Below, one piece after another: positions 19,308-29,981 of a stretch of DNA of 64,000 nt (position 1 is its first letter; each line of letters begins with the position of its first letter). The stretch lies in the NCBI GenBank assembly GCA_963674755.2, contig CAXXVS010000003.1, positions 2,496,001 to 2,560,000 of the forward strand, read 5' to 3'. Origin of the DNA: Desulfobacterales bacterium (GTDB lineage: Bacteria > Desulfobacterota > Desulfobacteria > Desulfobacterales > UBA5852). A program made the translations under genes and the position numbers. The notes beneath the pieces are model-generated. The model was given only the letters and a program-made list of their open reading frames with translations, was not told the origin of the DNA and searched no databases.

Positions 19308-20818
19308 CAGCGGTCCTCCAGTCCGGCCATGAGCAGTTTGATGCGGTCGATGTCGCCGTCGTCCCGGGCGGAAACGATATCGAGAATCCGGCCGCGAAAC
19401 ATGACAGCGATGCGATCGGCCAGGGAGAGGGCCTCCTTGAGATCGCCGGTGATCAAGAGGACCGCCGCCGTCGCCCGCTGGCGCAGGAGGGCCTGCCAGA
19501 TGTCTTCGGTGGCCCGAATGTCCAGCCCCTGGGTGGGTTGCTCGGCGATGAGCAGGGCCGGCCGGCGGGACAATTCCCGGGCCAGGATGAGCTTTTGCAG
19601 ATTGCCGCCGGACAGATGACCGGCCTGGCTCCGGAGGCCGCCGCCCTGAATGCCGAAGCGCGCCACCGCTTCGGCCGTTGCCTGGGCGGCGCGGCGCCGG
19701 TCGACGAGAAGCGATGTCCCGAAGACGTCTAAACGGGTCAGCATGAAATTTTCCACCAGACTGAAGGCATCGACGGAGCCGGTCCGATGCCGGTCTTCCG
19801 GGATGTAGGCGATCCGGTCGGAGGGGCGTCGCCGCCATTGGGCGGCCGTAAAGGTGCGCTCCTGAAACCGAAGCGTGCCGCCGGTCAGGCGGACGAGGCC
19901 TGCCAGCGCGGCGGCCAGGTCTTCCTGACCGTTGCCGGCCACGCCCGTAATGGCCAAAATTTCGCCCTGCCGGACATCGAACGCAATATCCCGAAAGGTC
20001 GGGCGCGGCGACTCGCCGGGCCCGGTCAAGCCCCGAACCTGGAGGACGGATTCCCCGACGGCGACCGGGGGCTTGTCCACACTCAGGATGACTTCCCGGC
20101 CCACCATCAGGCGGGCCAGATCGTGCCGGCTGCGTACGTCGGCGGCCGCCAGTTGGCTGACCATCCGCCCCCGCCGCATGACGGCGATTTCGTCGGCCAC
20201 GGCCATGACTTCTTCCAGCTTATGGGTGATGAAGACCACGGTTTTGCCTTCATTCTTCAATTGCCGGAAGACCGTAAAAAGGTTTTCGATTTCGGCGTGG
20301 GTCAGTACCGCGGTGGGTTCGTCGAAGATCAGAATCTTCGCCCGGCGATAGAGCAGCTTGAGAATTTCCACCCGCTGGCGCTCCCCCATGGACAGGGTGC
20401 CCACCGTGGCCCGGGGGTTCACCGCCAAACCATAGCGTTCGGCCAGTTCGCGGATGCGCCGGATTTCCCGGGTGCCGCGAAGATGGATGGGGCCCCGACG
20501 CAGCAGAATGTTTTCGGCCACGGTGAGGGGGGCCACCAGCATGAAACGTTGATAGACCATCCCGATGCCGGCGGCCAGGGCCTGGGCCGGGGAGAGGAAG
20601 CGCACCGGTCGTCCCTGGCGCAGGATGTCCCCCTGGTCGGGCTGGTAGCGGCCTGCCAGGATCGACATGAGGGTGCTTTTGCCGGCCCCGTTTTCCCCCA
20701 GCAGGGCGTAGATGCGTCCGGCGCGGAGGGTCCAGTTCACCCCACGGTTGGCGTGCACCTCGCCGAAGCGCTTGGAGATGTCTTGCAACGCGAGGGCCGG
20801 TGGGGGGGAGATCGTCAT
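19307..20818 (-). CDS. ABC transporter ATP-binding protein (double NBD, CUT2)
   Basis: GENGAGKST, LSMGERQ, IFDEPT and second-domain LSGGNLQK. Confidence 0.93.
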   Translation of the reverse strand: MTISPPPALALQDISKRFGEVHANRGVNWTLRAGRIYALLGENGAGKSTLMSILAGRYQPDQGDILRQGRPVRFLSPAQALAAGIGMVYQRFMLVAPLTVAENILLRRGPIHLRGTREIRRIRELAERYGLAVNPRATVGTLSMGERQRVEILKLLYRRAKILIFDEPTAVLTHAEIENLFTVFRQLKNEGKTVVFITHKLEEVMAVADEIAVMRRGRMVSQLAAADVRSRHDLARLMVGREVILSVDKPPVAVGESVLQVRGLTGPGESPRPTFRDIAFDVRQGEILAITGVAGNGQEDLAAALAGLVRLTGGTLRFQERTFTAAQWRRRPSDRIAYIPEDRHRTGSVDAFSLVENFMLTRLDVFGTSLLVDRRRAAQATAEAVARFGIQGGGLRSQAGHLSGGNLQKLILARELSRRPALLIAEQPTQGLDIRATEDIWQALLRQRATAAVLLITGDLKEALSLADRIAVMFRGRILDIVSARDDGDIDRIKLLMAGLEDR

Positions 20819-20830
20819 GATCTTAGGGCG

Positions 20831-21475
20831 TCAAACGAATTCGGGGTCGGGCAGCCGCGTCAGGGCGTGGATCGGATAGCCCGGGAGGGTCTGCAGCGCG
20901 CCTTCCTGGGCCACGCAGAATACGCCCTGAATGGCTGTGGGCGCGTGGCCGCGGTGGGCGGCCACTTCTTCCAGAAGATCTTCCAGGGCCAGCAGGGTGC
21001 CCCCGGTGCTGACCACGTCGTCGATCACCACGATACCCCGGTCGGCCTGACCGATGAGGTTGATGTCCCGCTCATAGAGGGCCATGAACTTGCTGCCGCT
21101 CGTAACCGAGGAGGAGCCCACCTGGATCAGGGGTCGCCGGTCGGCCTCCATGTGGGGTTTGACCCGATTGTAGGCCACGGCCACGGCCTCCACGTCCAGC
21201 TCCTGGGCCACGGCCTGGACCAGCATGAGGGCTTTTTCCACGGCGGTCAGGAACACCAGGCCATCACGATCGGGGAAGGCCTCGCGGATACGGGCGGCCA
21301 GCAGGCGCCCCAGATCCCGGTTCAGGCGGGTCTGGCCCACCAGGTTGAGGGAGGCGATGCGCAGGCGGCGCTCTCCGGAAGGCAGGACCGCATAGGGGAT
21401 CTCGATCTCGTAGCCCAGCCCCGGCACGCTGAGGCGATATTTTTTACCCGATTCCAGACCGCCCAGTATCTCCAT
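20831..21475 (-). CDS. Type I phosphoribosyltransferase (APRT-like)
   Basis: PRPP-binding loop VVIDDVVSTGGT. Confidence 0.85.
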   Translation of the reverse strand: MEILGGLESGKKYRLSVPGLGYEIEIPYAVLPSGERRLRIASLNLVGQTRLNRDLGRLLAARIREAFPDRDGLVFLTAVEKALMLVQAVAQELDVEAVAVAYNRVKPHMEADRRPLIQVGSSSVTSGSKFMALYERDINLIGQADRGIVVIDDVVSTGGTLLALEDLLEEVAAHRGHAPTAIQGVFCVAQEGALQTLPGYPIHALTRLPDPEFV

Positions 21476-21516
21476 AGCGGCTCCTTTGATGCATGGGCAC
21501 TAAAAAGTTATTCTGT

Positions 21517-22635
21517 CTATTGGGGCAGGCTCCCTTTGACCCCTTTCACCAGCCAGCGCATGGTGAGCAGATCCTTGTCCGAGGCTTTCTGGCCCTCGGG
21601 TATCATCAGGTTGCCCCCCTGGTCGTAGAGGGGGCCGGCGAAGATGTCGTCCTGCCCCGCTTCCAGCTTTTGCTTGGCGGCCAGCACCTTCTGCTGCACG
21701 TCTTCCGGCACGGCGGCGTTGAAATTGCTCAGGACGATGTCGTGCTTGTCGAAGCCCCCCCAGTAGGCGGTGGGCTTCCAGGTGCCGTCCATGACCTGTT
21801 TGACCTTCTCCACATAGATCGGGCCCCAGTTCCAGACCGTGGACACCAGGGCGCAATCGGCGCCGTAGCGGGTGGCATCCTCGCCGTAGCCGATGGCCGG
21901 CACGCCGGCCGCGCAGGCGGCCACCGAGCTGTCGGGGGTGTCGGCCATCTGGCGGATAAGGTCGTGCTTGCGCGCCACCAGGGTTTCGGCCAGGGTGGTT
22001 TCGTTGATGGCGTCGCGCCAGGCCTTGAGCCAGACCACCGTGTTGACGGTATTCGGATCCACGGCATATCCGGACTCCACAAGCCCCTTGAGCAGCCCGA
22101 TGGTAAAGGCGTTGATGCCCCGGATGGGCTCCGGAATCGGGTTGGTGGCCACGGTGCCCACGTTTTTGAAGCCCATGAGGCCGGCCATGTAGCCGGCCAG
22201 GTATTCCGCCTGGTACATGCGGGCGAAGTAGTTGCCCATGTTGGGGGCGGTCTTGAAGCCGGAACAATGCTCGAAAACGATGTCGGGGTAGTCCTTGGCC
22301 ACGTTGAGCATGGGATCCATGTGCTCGAAGGTGGTGCCGAAGATGATATCGTAGCCCTGTTGGGCATAGTTGCGGAAGACGCGTTCGGCGTCGGCGGCCA
22401 GGACTTTTTCGGTGTAGCTGACCTCGATCTGGTCGCCCAGCTTTTCCTTGAGGTATTCGATGCCGTCGTAGGAGGCCGTGGTCCATCCCTGATCGTCGAT
22501 GGTCCACAGGAGGGCAAAAGCCACCTTGAGTTTTTTGGCGGCGGCATCGGCGGTTTGGACGCTGCCGGCCAAAACCAGGCTGAGGCAGGCGACCATCAGG
22601 AAGACCGAAACGACGAGGGTTCTTGTGCGGCTCAT
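21517..22635 (-). CDS. BMP-family (purine nucleoside) ABC substrate-binding protein
   Basis: Signal peptide, DDQGWT, GYDIIFGTTF and YLAGYMAG. ATG at 22635 with an AAGGAG RBS. Confidence 0.9.
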   Translation of the reverse strand: MSRTRTLVVSVFLMVACLSLVLAGSVQTADAAAKKLKVAFALLWTIDDQGWTTASYDGIEYLKEKLGDQIEVSYTEKVLAADAERVFRNYAQQGYDIIFGTTFEHMDPMLNVAKDYPDIVFEHCSGFKTAPNMGNYFARMYQAEYLAGYMAGLMGFKNVGTVATNPIPEPIRGINAFTIGLLKGLVESGYAVDPNTVNTVVWLKAWRDAINETTLAETLVARKHDLIRQMADTPDSSVAACAAGVPAIGYGEDATRYGADCALVSTVWNWGPIYVEKVKQVMDGTWKPTAYWGGFDKHDIVLSNFNAAVPEDVQQKVLAAKQKLEAGQDDIFAGPLYDQGGNLMIPEGQKASDKDLLTMRWLVKGVKGSLPQ

Positions 22636-22709
22636 GGAATTCTCCTTTATGTTTCCGTGTGGCAAAGGTGCGGGATCGGATGGGCGCGCCGTCCTGAAAA
22701 ATGTTTCTT

Positions 22710-22738
22710 AACTTAGACAAGGCACAGGGCGGCGTCAA
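22710..22738 (-). promoter_or_regulatory. sigma70-type promoter for the BMP/ABC operon
   Basis: Minus strand TTGACG-N17-TAAGTT. Confidence 0.45.
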
Positions 22739-23051
22739 GCCACCATTGTGCGCTGTCGTCGATCTGATGATTTCGGCATCGGATTTCTCTGTAACGGATA
22801 AGCATAATTTGGTATGAAAAACAGATTCGTTCGGATTCACCGTATTTTGAGCAAACGTCACGACACGTGGTTTCAAACCCCCGTCCAACGCCCGACGGCC
22901 GTGTTGCCGCTTTCAGCAAAATGCTTGCATATTATTGAAAATGCAGCGCTTTTTGATCTGGATGCGCCTTGCCCTCGAACGCCATCTGAGGTTTTGAGAT
23001 CACTTGCAAAACCAACCTGTTGCCAAAGCTTGTGATAGGAGCGCTGAAACC

Positions 23052-24302
23052 ATGAATATTCAAAGGGTGGTCGACGACATATATCGTTTTTCCGTCAACA
23101 TCGAGGACAAGGACTATTTGTTCGAAGGCATCTGGCCGATTCCCCACGGCATTTCCATCAATGGCTATCTGATTAAGGGCGATAAGAACGTCATCATCGA
23201 TTTGACCCAGGATATCTTCGATTTCCCGCAGGAGATCACCCACCAGATGGACGGGGTGCAACTGGCCATCGAAGACATCGACATCATCGTCATGAATCAC
23301 ATGGAACCCGACCACTCGGGATGGTTGCGCGAGTTTTGCAGCAAAAACAGCAAGGCGGTCATTTACTGCACCAAAAAGGCGGTACCCCTGCTGCAGGCCT
23401 TTGCCGCGGTGCCACCCGAGCGGGCGGTGGCCATCACCGACGGCATGGTGCTTCCGGTCGGCGACTACGACCTGCAATTCTTCGATACGCCCAATATCCA
23501 CTGGCCCGAAACCATGATGACCTACGAGCGCAAACGGAAGATGCTTTTTTCCTGCGATGCCTTCGGTTCCTATGGCCGTGTGGACGAAAACGCGATTTTC
23601 GACGACCAGATCGACGAGGAACAGCACCGCTTCTTCGAGCAGGAGGCCCTGCGCTACTACGCCAACATCGTGGCCACCTTTTCGGGCTTTGTCCTCAAGG
23701 GCCTGGAGAAGCTGAAGGGATTGGAGATCGAGGTTATCTGCCCTTCGCACGGCATTATATGGCGGGAAAATCCCGGGCGGATCATCGGCCACTACCAACG
23801 CTACGCCGAATACAGCAAGGGACCGGCGGAGCGCGAGGTGACCGTGCTCTGGAGCAGCATGTACGGCAACACCAAGCAGGTGCTCAATGTGGTGATCGAG
23901 GTGTTGCGCAAACGCGGCATCCCGGTGCATGTCTTCCAGGTGCCCGGGGACGAGATGGGCGACATTCTGGGCAGCGCCTGGAAATCCGCAGGCCTGATCT
24001 TCGGCATGCCCACCTATGAATACAAGATGTTTCCACCCATGGCCCACGCCATCGAGGAATTGCTGGTCAAAAAAGTCACCAATAAAAAGGTCTTCCGCTT
24101 CGGCTCGTTCGGCTGGGTCGGCGGGGCCCAGAGGGATTTCGAGGCCAAAACCGAAAAGTCCGGCTGGGACCTTGTCGGCCATTACGAATGGCAGGGGGCT
24201 CCCACCGAGGCGGATAAAACCGCCATCCAGCAGGCCCTGGAGGCTTATGGCGACACGCTGCTCGCGTTTGCCAAAACGCCTTCCGGCTGTGAAAAAGGAT
24301 GA
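23052..24302 (+). CDS. fprA: Flavodiiron protein (FprA family; O2/NO reductase)
   Basis: NHMEPDHSG, HWPE, FSCDAFG, CPSHG and flavodoxin SMYGNT. Confidence 0.93.
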   Translation: MNIQRVVDDIYRFSVNIEDKDYLFEGIWPIPHGISINGYLIKGDKNVIIDLTQDIFDFPQEITHQMDGVQLAIEDIDIIVMNHMEPDHSGWLREFCSKNSKAVIYCTKKAVPLLQAFAAVPPERAVAITDGMVLPVGDYDLQFFDTPNIHWPETMMTYERKRKMLFSCDAFGSYGRVDENAIFDDQIDEEQHRFFEQEALRYYANIVATFSGFVLKGLEKLKGLEIEVICPSHGIIWRENPGRIIGHYQRYAEYSKGPAEREVTVLWSSMYGNTKQVLNVVIEVLRKRGIPVHVFQVPGDEMGDILGSAWKSAGLIFGMPTYEYKMFPPMAHAIEELLVKKVTNKKVFRFGSFGWVGGAQRDFEAKTEKSGWDLVGHYEWQGAPTEADKTAIQQALEAYGDTLLAFAKTPSGCEKG

Positions 24303-24356
24303 TGCGGTCCCGGGCAGCCGGACGGCAGCCCTTGCGGGCGCAACGATAAGATAAGA

Positions 24357-25475
24357 TCAGCTTGCCGCTGAAACAGCGCGCTCCGCACTGGATAAGGCGC
24401 CTTCCAGGTAACCGCCCAAATCGTCGGCGGTTTCCGTGCCGGCCAGGTGCAGGGTGCCATCCCAGATGCTTGTTTCTCCGGCAGGCGGCTGGAACTCGGG
24501 ATGATTGTGGGCGGCCCGCTGGTCGTATTCAGTGGCCGTAAATGCTTCCCGGGCCCAATCCTGATAATAGATTTTGACGGGCTGTCCGGCCGCCGGTCCG
24601 TAAAGAAGGGCCAGCTGGGCCAGGATGGGCCGGATCATCATGTCGCTAGGTTTGCGCCGCAGGGCCGGAATGCCGACAAACCCGGTCAGCCCATAGGGCC
24701 GGTCGGCCGCACCGGAAGCGTCATGAATCTCCCCCAGGGGGCCGCACAGGCTGAACCCCTGGCCGGAAAGGCCGATCTTGCGCCAATCGGCCCTGTCATA
24801 CAGAGCAAAGAATTTGGCCTGGCCGGCCATCCAGGTGCTGGCTTTCAACATGGCCTGGGTAAGATCGTAGGGCAACTCCGGGGTGAACAAAATGGAGCGC
24901 GCCGCCAGCCGGGGCGGCAGAGCGAGGATGACCCGGGCGGCTTGCAACCGGCACTGGGGTTCCTGGTCAAGGCGCCCGACCGTCACCCGAACACCATCGT
25001 CCCGCCGTTCGATCTCGCAGACCGGATGATTCAGACGGATGACGTCTTGGGGTATCCGGGTGCAAAGTCCCTTGACCAGCGCGATCATACCCCCGTCAAG
25101 CCGCCATCCGGGCGGCTCCATGGGATAGCCCTCGATGGTTTCCGTATGGCCGTCCTTGGTCTGGAACCGCCCCAGGCCGGTTTCAAACTGGGGATAGCCT
25201 TTAAGGCCCAGGGTTTCAATCAGCGCCGCGACCTTGGGGTTGATCGTGGGCCAATACCAGGATGGCCCCAAGTCGGCAAAAAAGCCCTGATGCTCCGGAC
25301 TCAAAATGCGGCCGCCCACACGGGAGCGGGCTTCGAGCAGAACCAGGGATTGGGTCTCGGCCGCCAGCCGAAAGGCCGCATAAACCCCGCTGAGGCCGCC
25401 CCCGATGATGATGGTATCCACCCGTTCCGGATGCCTGGCGGCACCTCTGCCTTTGCTATGCAGGGTGAGGCTCAC
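24357..25475 (-). CDS. Flavin monoamine oxidase family protein
   Basis: IIGGGLSG, EARSRVGGR, DLGPSWYWP and AGTET...GYLEGA. Confidence 0.88.
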   Translation of the reverse strand: MSLTLHSKGRGAARHPERVDTIIIGGGLSGVYAAFRLAAETQSLVLLEARSRVGGRILSPEHQGFFADLGPSWYWPTINPKVAALIETLGLKGYPQFETGLGRFQTKDGHTETIEGYPMEPPGWRLDGGMIALVKGLCTRIPQDVIRLNHPVCEIERRDDGVRVTVGRLDQEPQCRLQAARVILALPPRLAARSILFTPELPYDLTQAMLKASTWMAGQAKFFALYDRADWRKIGLSGQGFSLCGPLGEIHDASGAADRPYGLTGFVGIPALRRKPSDMMIRPILAQLALLYGPAAGQPVKIYYQDWAREAFTATEYDQRAAHNHPEFQPPAGETSIWDGTLHLAGTETADDLGGYLEGALSSAERAVSAAS

Positions 25476-26140
25476 GTTTCGCGGGCCACATCCCGGTCAA
25501 AGTCAACCACGTCACCGGATTCGGCCAGGGTGTAGGCCTGGCGGAAGGTTTCCCGGATGGCTTCGATGGGCACATCCCGGAATTCGCCGCGGTGGGCCAG
25601 GTATTCCATGTGACGGTTCCCGGCCAGGTCGAACGGCTGGTAGATGGCGTCGTCCCGGCCATTGAATTCGAGCGGGTGCAGACGGAAGCGCTCGCAAAGC
25701 TCGATGTTGAAAGCCGGGGTGGCCTTGACCCAGCGGTTGTTGAGAAAAAGGGTGGTATAGCCGTGCCAGTAGAACACGTCGGTCTGCATCTGGGCCCGCA
25801 TACGGGCGGTGGACAGGTGATTGCGGACGTCGGCAAACCCCAGACGGGCGGGAATGCCCACCGCCCGGCAGACGGCGGCCAGCAGGATCGCCTTGGGAAC
25901 GCACCAGCCCCGGCCTTTGGCCAGGGTGGCGCTGGCCCGCAGCCCCGCCACCGACAAGTCGATGGCGTAGGGGTCATAGCGGATGCCGTCGCGGACGGCA
26001 TAGTAGAGCTTACGGGCGGCTTCTTCAGTTGTCGCCGCCTGTCCGGCGGTTTCTTCGGCCAGGCGGCGGATGGCGGGATGGTCGCTGTCGACGGTTTCCG
26101 AAGGTGTCAGAAAGGGTTCCAGATCGGTATTCGTTTCCAT
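25472..26140 (-). CDS. Transglutaminase-like family protein
   Basis: VRDGIRYDPY, GWCVPKA (Cys), GIPARLGFADV and WHGY (His). Confidence 0.88.
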   Translation of the reverse strand: METNTDLEPFLTPSETVDSDHPAIRRLAEETAGQAATTEEAARKLYYAVRDGIRYDPYAIDLSVAGLRASATLAKGRGWCVPKAILLAAVCRAVGIPARLGFADVRNHLSTARMRAQMQTDVFYWHGYTTLFLNNRWVKATPAFNIELCERFRLHPLEFNGRDDAIYQPFDLAGNRHMEYLAHRGEFRDVPIEAIRETFRQAYTLAESGDVVDFDRDVARET

Positions 26141-26565
26141 AAAAACCTATTCATGCAATGGTTCTGTTCATCAAGGTGTCTTCGGGGAGATCCCCGTGCC
26201 GCCGGGCGGGCAGCACCAGCGACCGCAACCCTTTTAAACCCCATGCGTCGCGGAAGCAAGTATGGATACGCCCTAACGTGTCCCTAACCGCCTATGGGTA
26301 AACAAGCATGAGGCCGGAAGGACGGCGCGCTCCGATGTGAAGAGCGCCGCAACCCCAATGTGAGTATTTTCGCTATGGTCGCAAAACCGCATTTCGGCCC
26401 TATGGGCCGTCGATGCACAGGCTGCTGACGGGGTGGCCTCATGGTGCCCTGGGCCGAAGGGGGGCCTGAAATTGGCTTCCGGGTTTAATTGGGGTTGATT
26501 TCATGATATGGTATGTTTTATGAGAAATGGGTACTACATGTAGTGGCTTTAACAAGGAGTTGTCT

Positions 26566-27894
26566 ATGCCCCAAGCCAAGAGAACCTTTGTTCTGGACAC
26601 CAATGTCATCCTGCACGACAGCACCTGCATCTACCAGTTCGACGAACACGACATCGTCATTCCCATCACCGTCATCGAGGAGTTGGACCGTTTCAAGAAG
26701 GGCAAGGATATCCTCAACTGCAACGCCCGGGAGTTTCTGCGGTCCCTGGACGCCCTCACGGGGCACCACATTTTCAATGGCGGGGTGCCCATTGGCGAGG
26801 GCAAAGGCAAAATCTCGGTTCGCCTGGAGTCCGCCTTTCATGAGAAATTGAAGGACAACTTCAGCAGCACCCAGCCCGATCACCGCATCCTCAACAGCGC
26901 CTACCAGATTGCAATCAACCAGGGGTTTGAGCGGGCCGTTCTGGTCACTAAAGACGTGAACCTGCGCATGAAGGCCAAATCCGTCGGATTGACGGCTGAA
27001 AACTATCGCTCGGACCACGTAAAAAACCCGGCGGAACTCTACAAGGGGCTCAGCGTGCTGGAAAACGTGGACGGCAGCCTCATCGACCTGCTCTACCAGT
27101 CGCCCTACGAGGTCCCGGTAGGCGCGCTGGACCTGGAAGCGCCCCTGCTGGCCAACGAATTCCTGATTCTGCGCAACGGGCGCAAGTCCGCCCTGGGGTA
27201 CTTCGACATTGCCTCGGAGACCGTGCAGCGGATCGAAAATCACGGCTGCTTCGGCATCCGGCCGCGTAATGCCGAGCAATGCTTCGCCCTCAATGCCTTG
27301 CTGGACCGGAACATTCCCCTGGTGACCATGAGCGGCAAGGCCGGCACCGGCAAGACCTTGCTGGCCCTGGCGGCCGCCCTGGAAACCAAGCGCCACTACC
27401 GTCAGATTTTTGTGGCCCGGCCGGTGGTGCCCCTCAGCAACAAGGACCTGGGCTATCTGCCCGGGGATGTGAATTCCAAGCTCGATCCTTACATGCAGCC
27501 CCTCTACGACAACCTTTCGGTGATCCAGACCCAGCTGTCATCGGACAAGGCCCGCAGCAAACGCATCAGCGAGATGATCGAGGAGGAGAAGATCGTCATC
27601 ACGCCCCTGTCCTACATCCGGGGGCGCAGCATCGTAAAAGCCTTTTTCATCGTGGACGAGGCCCAGAACCTGACCCCCCATGAGGTCAAGACCATCATCA
27701 CCCGGGCCGGGGAAGGCACCAAGATCGTCTTCACGGGCGACGTTTTCCAGATCGACCATCCTTATCTGGACAGCAACTCCAACGGGCTGAGTTTTTTGAT
27801 TGAAAAGATGAAGGGGGAGCGCCTCTACGCCCACATCAATCTTGAAAAGGGCGAGCGCTCGGAGCTTTCCGACCTGGCCACGCGGCTGCTCTGA
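26566..27894 (+). CDS. PIN-PhoH (PhoH2/YlaK-like) protein
   Basis: VLDTNVILHD PIN domain, GKAGTGKT, LGYLPG, YIRGRS and DEAQN. Confidence 0.93.
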   Translation: MPQAKRTFVLDTNVILHDSTCIYQFDEHDIVIPITVIEELDRFKKGKDILNCNAREFLRSLDALTGHHIFNGGVPIGEGKGKISVRLESAFHEKLKDNFSSTQPDHRILNSAYQIAINQGFERAVLVTKDVNLRMKAKSVGLTAENYRSDHVKNPAELYKGLSVLENVDGSLIDLLYQSPYEVPVGALDLEAPLLANEFLILRNGRKSALGYFDIASETVQRIENHGCFGIRPRNAEQCFALNALLDRNIPLVTMSGKAGTGKTLLALAAALETKRHYRQIFVARPVVPLSNKDLGYLPGDVNSKLDPYMQPLYDNLSVIQTQLSSDKARSKRISEMIEEEKIVITPLSYIRGRSIVKAFFIVDEAQNLTPHEVKTIITRAGEGTKIVFTGDVFQIDHPYLDSNSNGLSFLIEKMKGERLYAHINLEKGERSELSDLATRLL

Positions 27895-27943
27895 ATCGAC
27901 CGTCCCGACCGGGATTTCGTCCGGGTTGCTTAGTTTTGATTTA

Positions 27944-28245
27944 CCCCCCCCTCTGGTGGCGGAGCCGTAGAAGTTCGACCAATCCGGGCGGTGTTTTTGT
28001 ATGCGGATTCTTCATTTTCTTCCACGTGGAAGAAAACGGAAGCAATCACGCCTCGGCGTGACAGGCTTCAAACGCCCGTGTCCCGCTTGACCCTGCGCGT
28101 CGTCGCGGCGGCCGGAGCACGCGGAAACTCGCCCCGCCTTCGCCAAGGCTACGGCGGGACTCAGACAGTCCGCGCGCTTTAATCCGTCCGCCCCGCCGAT
28201 GCTCGGCGCGGAACAAAGGGAAACCTGAAAACCAAAGACAAAAAC
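27944..28245. repeat. Long structured intergenic repeat family B, copy 2
   Basis: Aligns with 5584-5860. Palindrome TTTTCTTCCACGTGGAAGAAAA. Carries an extra hairpin at about 28132-28159. Confidence 0.85.
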
Positions 28246-28520
28246 ACCTTTTTGAAGCCTCTTTCCATGTCTGCAACCTTTCGATATCCTTTGTCTCTGT
28301 TGAGGGTGGTTTTGGCCTTGGTGGAAGGTAATACCAATATGGATGGGCACAATCCTAATGCCCCCCGCTCCCGTGACAGGGCGTTTGCGATGCCTCCGTT
28401 CATGGCGTGCGGGGAAAATGGTTCCGGGCATGGTTGAACATCGAAGACGTTCAATGGTATGCGGGCTATTGCGATTAAACCGATCGACGCCATCGCCGCT
28501 TAGCTATTCCAAGGAGACCC

Positions 28521-29021
28521 ATGAAAATCGATGCCCGCTGCAAGCCCCTGCCCACCAGTGCCGACCACAATTGCTTTGCCTGCAGTCCGGCCAATGAGGC
28601 CGGTTTGCAAATGACCTTTTTTCAATACGAGGATACGCTGCTGTCGCGTGTGACCATCCCGGACCACTTGGGCGGATGGAATGCGGTGACCCACGGCGGT
28701 GTGGTCTCCACCATCCTGGACGAGACCATGAGCTGGGCTGCCATGGTGCTGCTCAAACGCCTCAGTTTCACCCAGAAGATGACCGTGGAGTTCCGGAAAA
28801 CAGTCGCCGTGGGCGCGACCATGGAAGCCGAGGCCCGTATCCGGGAGGTGAAAGACCACCGGGAGGCGGCCCTGGAAGGCGTCCTCAGCGATGCGGCGGG
28901 CACGGTATGTGCGGTGTCGGAAGGCACCTTCCGGATTTTCGCTCCGGCCGTGGCCAAGCGGCTGAAGCTCGTGGATGACAAGATGCTGGCTTGGTTCCAC
29001 GGCCTGTTTGAAGGAGGTTGA
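28521..29021 (+). CDS. PaaI-family hotdog thioesterase
   Basis: CFACSPANEAGL and HGGVVSTILDE. Confidence 0.88.
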   Translation: MKIDARCKPLPTSADHNCFACSPANEAGLQMTFFQYEDTLLSRVTIPDHLGGWNAVTHGGVVSTILDETMSWAAMVLLKRLSFTQKMTVEFRKTVAVGATMEAEARIREVKDHREAALEGVLSDAAGTVCAVSEGTFRIFAPAVAKRLKLVDDKMLAWFHGLFEGG

Positions 29022-29939
29022 ATGGACCTGACGGATCTGCCGCTCAGCACACCCGCTTTGCTGGATGGCGGGATGGGGCGCGAATTGCGCTTTCGCGGGG
29101 TGCCCGTGCCCGCGACCATCTGGTCGGCGGGCGCCCTGATGACCGATCCCGACGTGGTGCGCCAGATCCATGCGGACTTCATCGCCGCCGGGGCCGACAT
29201 CATTACCACCAACACCTACGGGGTTATCCGCAGCGATCTGGCCCAGGTAGGACGCGAAGACCGCTTGGCCGACCTCAACCGCCTGGCCGGTCGCCTGGCC
29301 GCGCAAGCGCGGGATGCGAGTCCCCGCAAGGCCTGGATCGCCGGATCGCTGCCGCCCCTGCGGGGCAGCTACCGGCCAGACCGGGTGGGGCCGCCCGCCG
29401 AGATCGAAGCCCTCTACCGGGAGCAGGCCGAGCTGTTGGCACCCTTCGTGGACCTTTTCCTGTGCGAAACCATGTCCTCAGCGGCCGAGGGGCGCGCGGC
29501 GGCATCCGCCGCCTGTTGTACCGGCAAGCCGGTCTGGGTGGCCTGGACCCTGCACGAGGACCGCTCCGGCAACCTGCGCAGCGGGGAGTCCATCACGGCC
29601 GCGGCGGGTGCCCTGGAAGGGTTGCCGGTCAGCGGCTGCCTGGCCAATTGCTGCGCGCCCGAGAGCATTACCCGCGCCATGTCCCGTCTGGCCCGTTTGG
29701 GCGTTCCATGGGTCGGTGGCTATGCCAATACCTTTAGCCCTGTCCCCCAAGACTGGACCCTGGGCGGGGACAAAGAGACCGACGGGCTTTTGGACCTGCG
29801 TGCAGATCTGGATCCCGAACGCTACGCCGACCACGCGGCGGACTGGCTGGCGAACGGGGCCACGGTGGTGGGGGGCTGTTGCGGCACCCGGCCGGCCCAC
29901 ATCGCCAGGCTGCGGGCCCTCATCGACCGGGGGCGGTGA
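29022..29939 (+). CDS. Homocysteine S-methyltransferase family protein
   Basis: LLDGGMG, AGADIITTNTY, ANC and GGCCGT Zn ligands. Confidence 0.92.
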   Translation: MDLTDLPLSTPALLDGGMGRELRFRGVPVPATIWSAGALMTDPDVVRQIHADFIAAGADIITTNTYGVIRSDLAQVGREDRLADLNRLAGRLAAQARDASPRKAWIAGSLPPLRGSYRPDRVGPPAEIEALYREQAELLAPFVDLFLCETMSSAAEGRAAASAACCTGKPVWVAWTLHEDRSGNLRSGESITAAAGALEGLPVSGCLANCCAPESITRAMSRLARLGVPWVGGYANTFSPVPQDWTLGGDKETDGLLDLRADLDPERYADHAADWLANGATVVGGCCGTRPAHIARLRALIDRGR

Positions 29940-29981
29940 CTGGCCGGCCGGGAGGCTCCGGATGGGAGGCGCCTTTTCCGG

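Noticed and set aside
19787..21628. Long antisense ORFs (e.g. 613 aa here; also 49330-50802, 16088-17146, 36598-37803)
   Set aside because: These are shadow frames opposite well-supported genes, expected in high-GC DNA, with no recognisable motifs.
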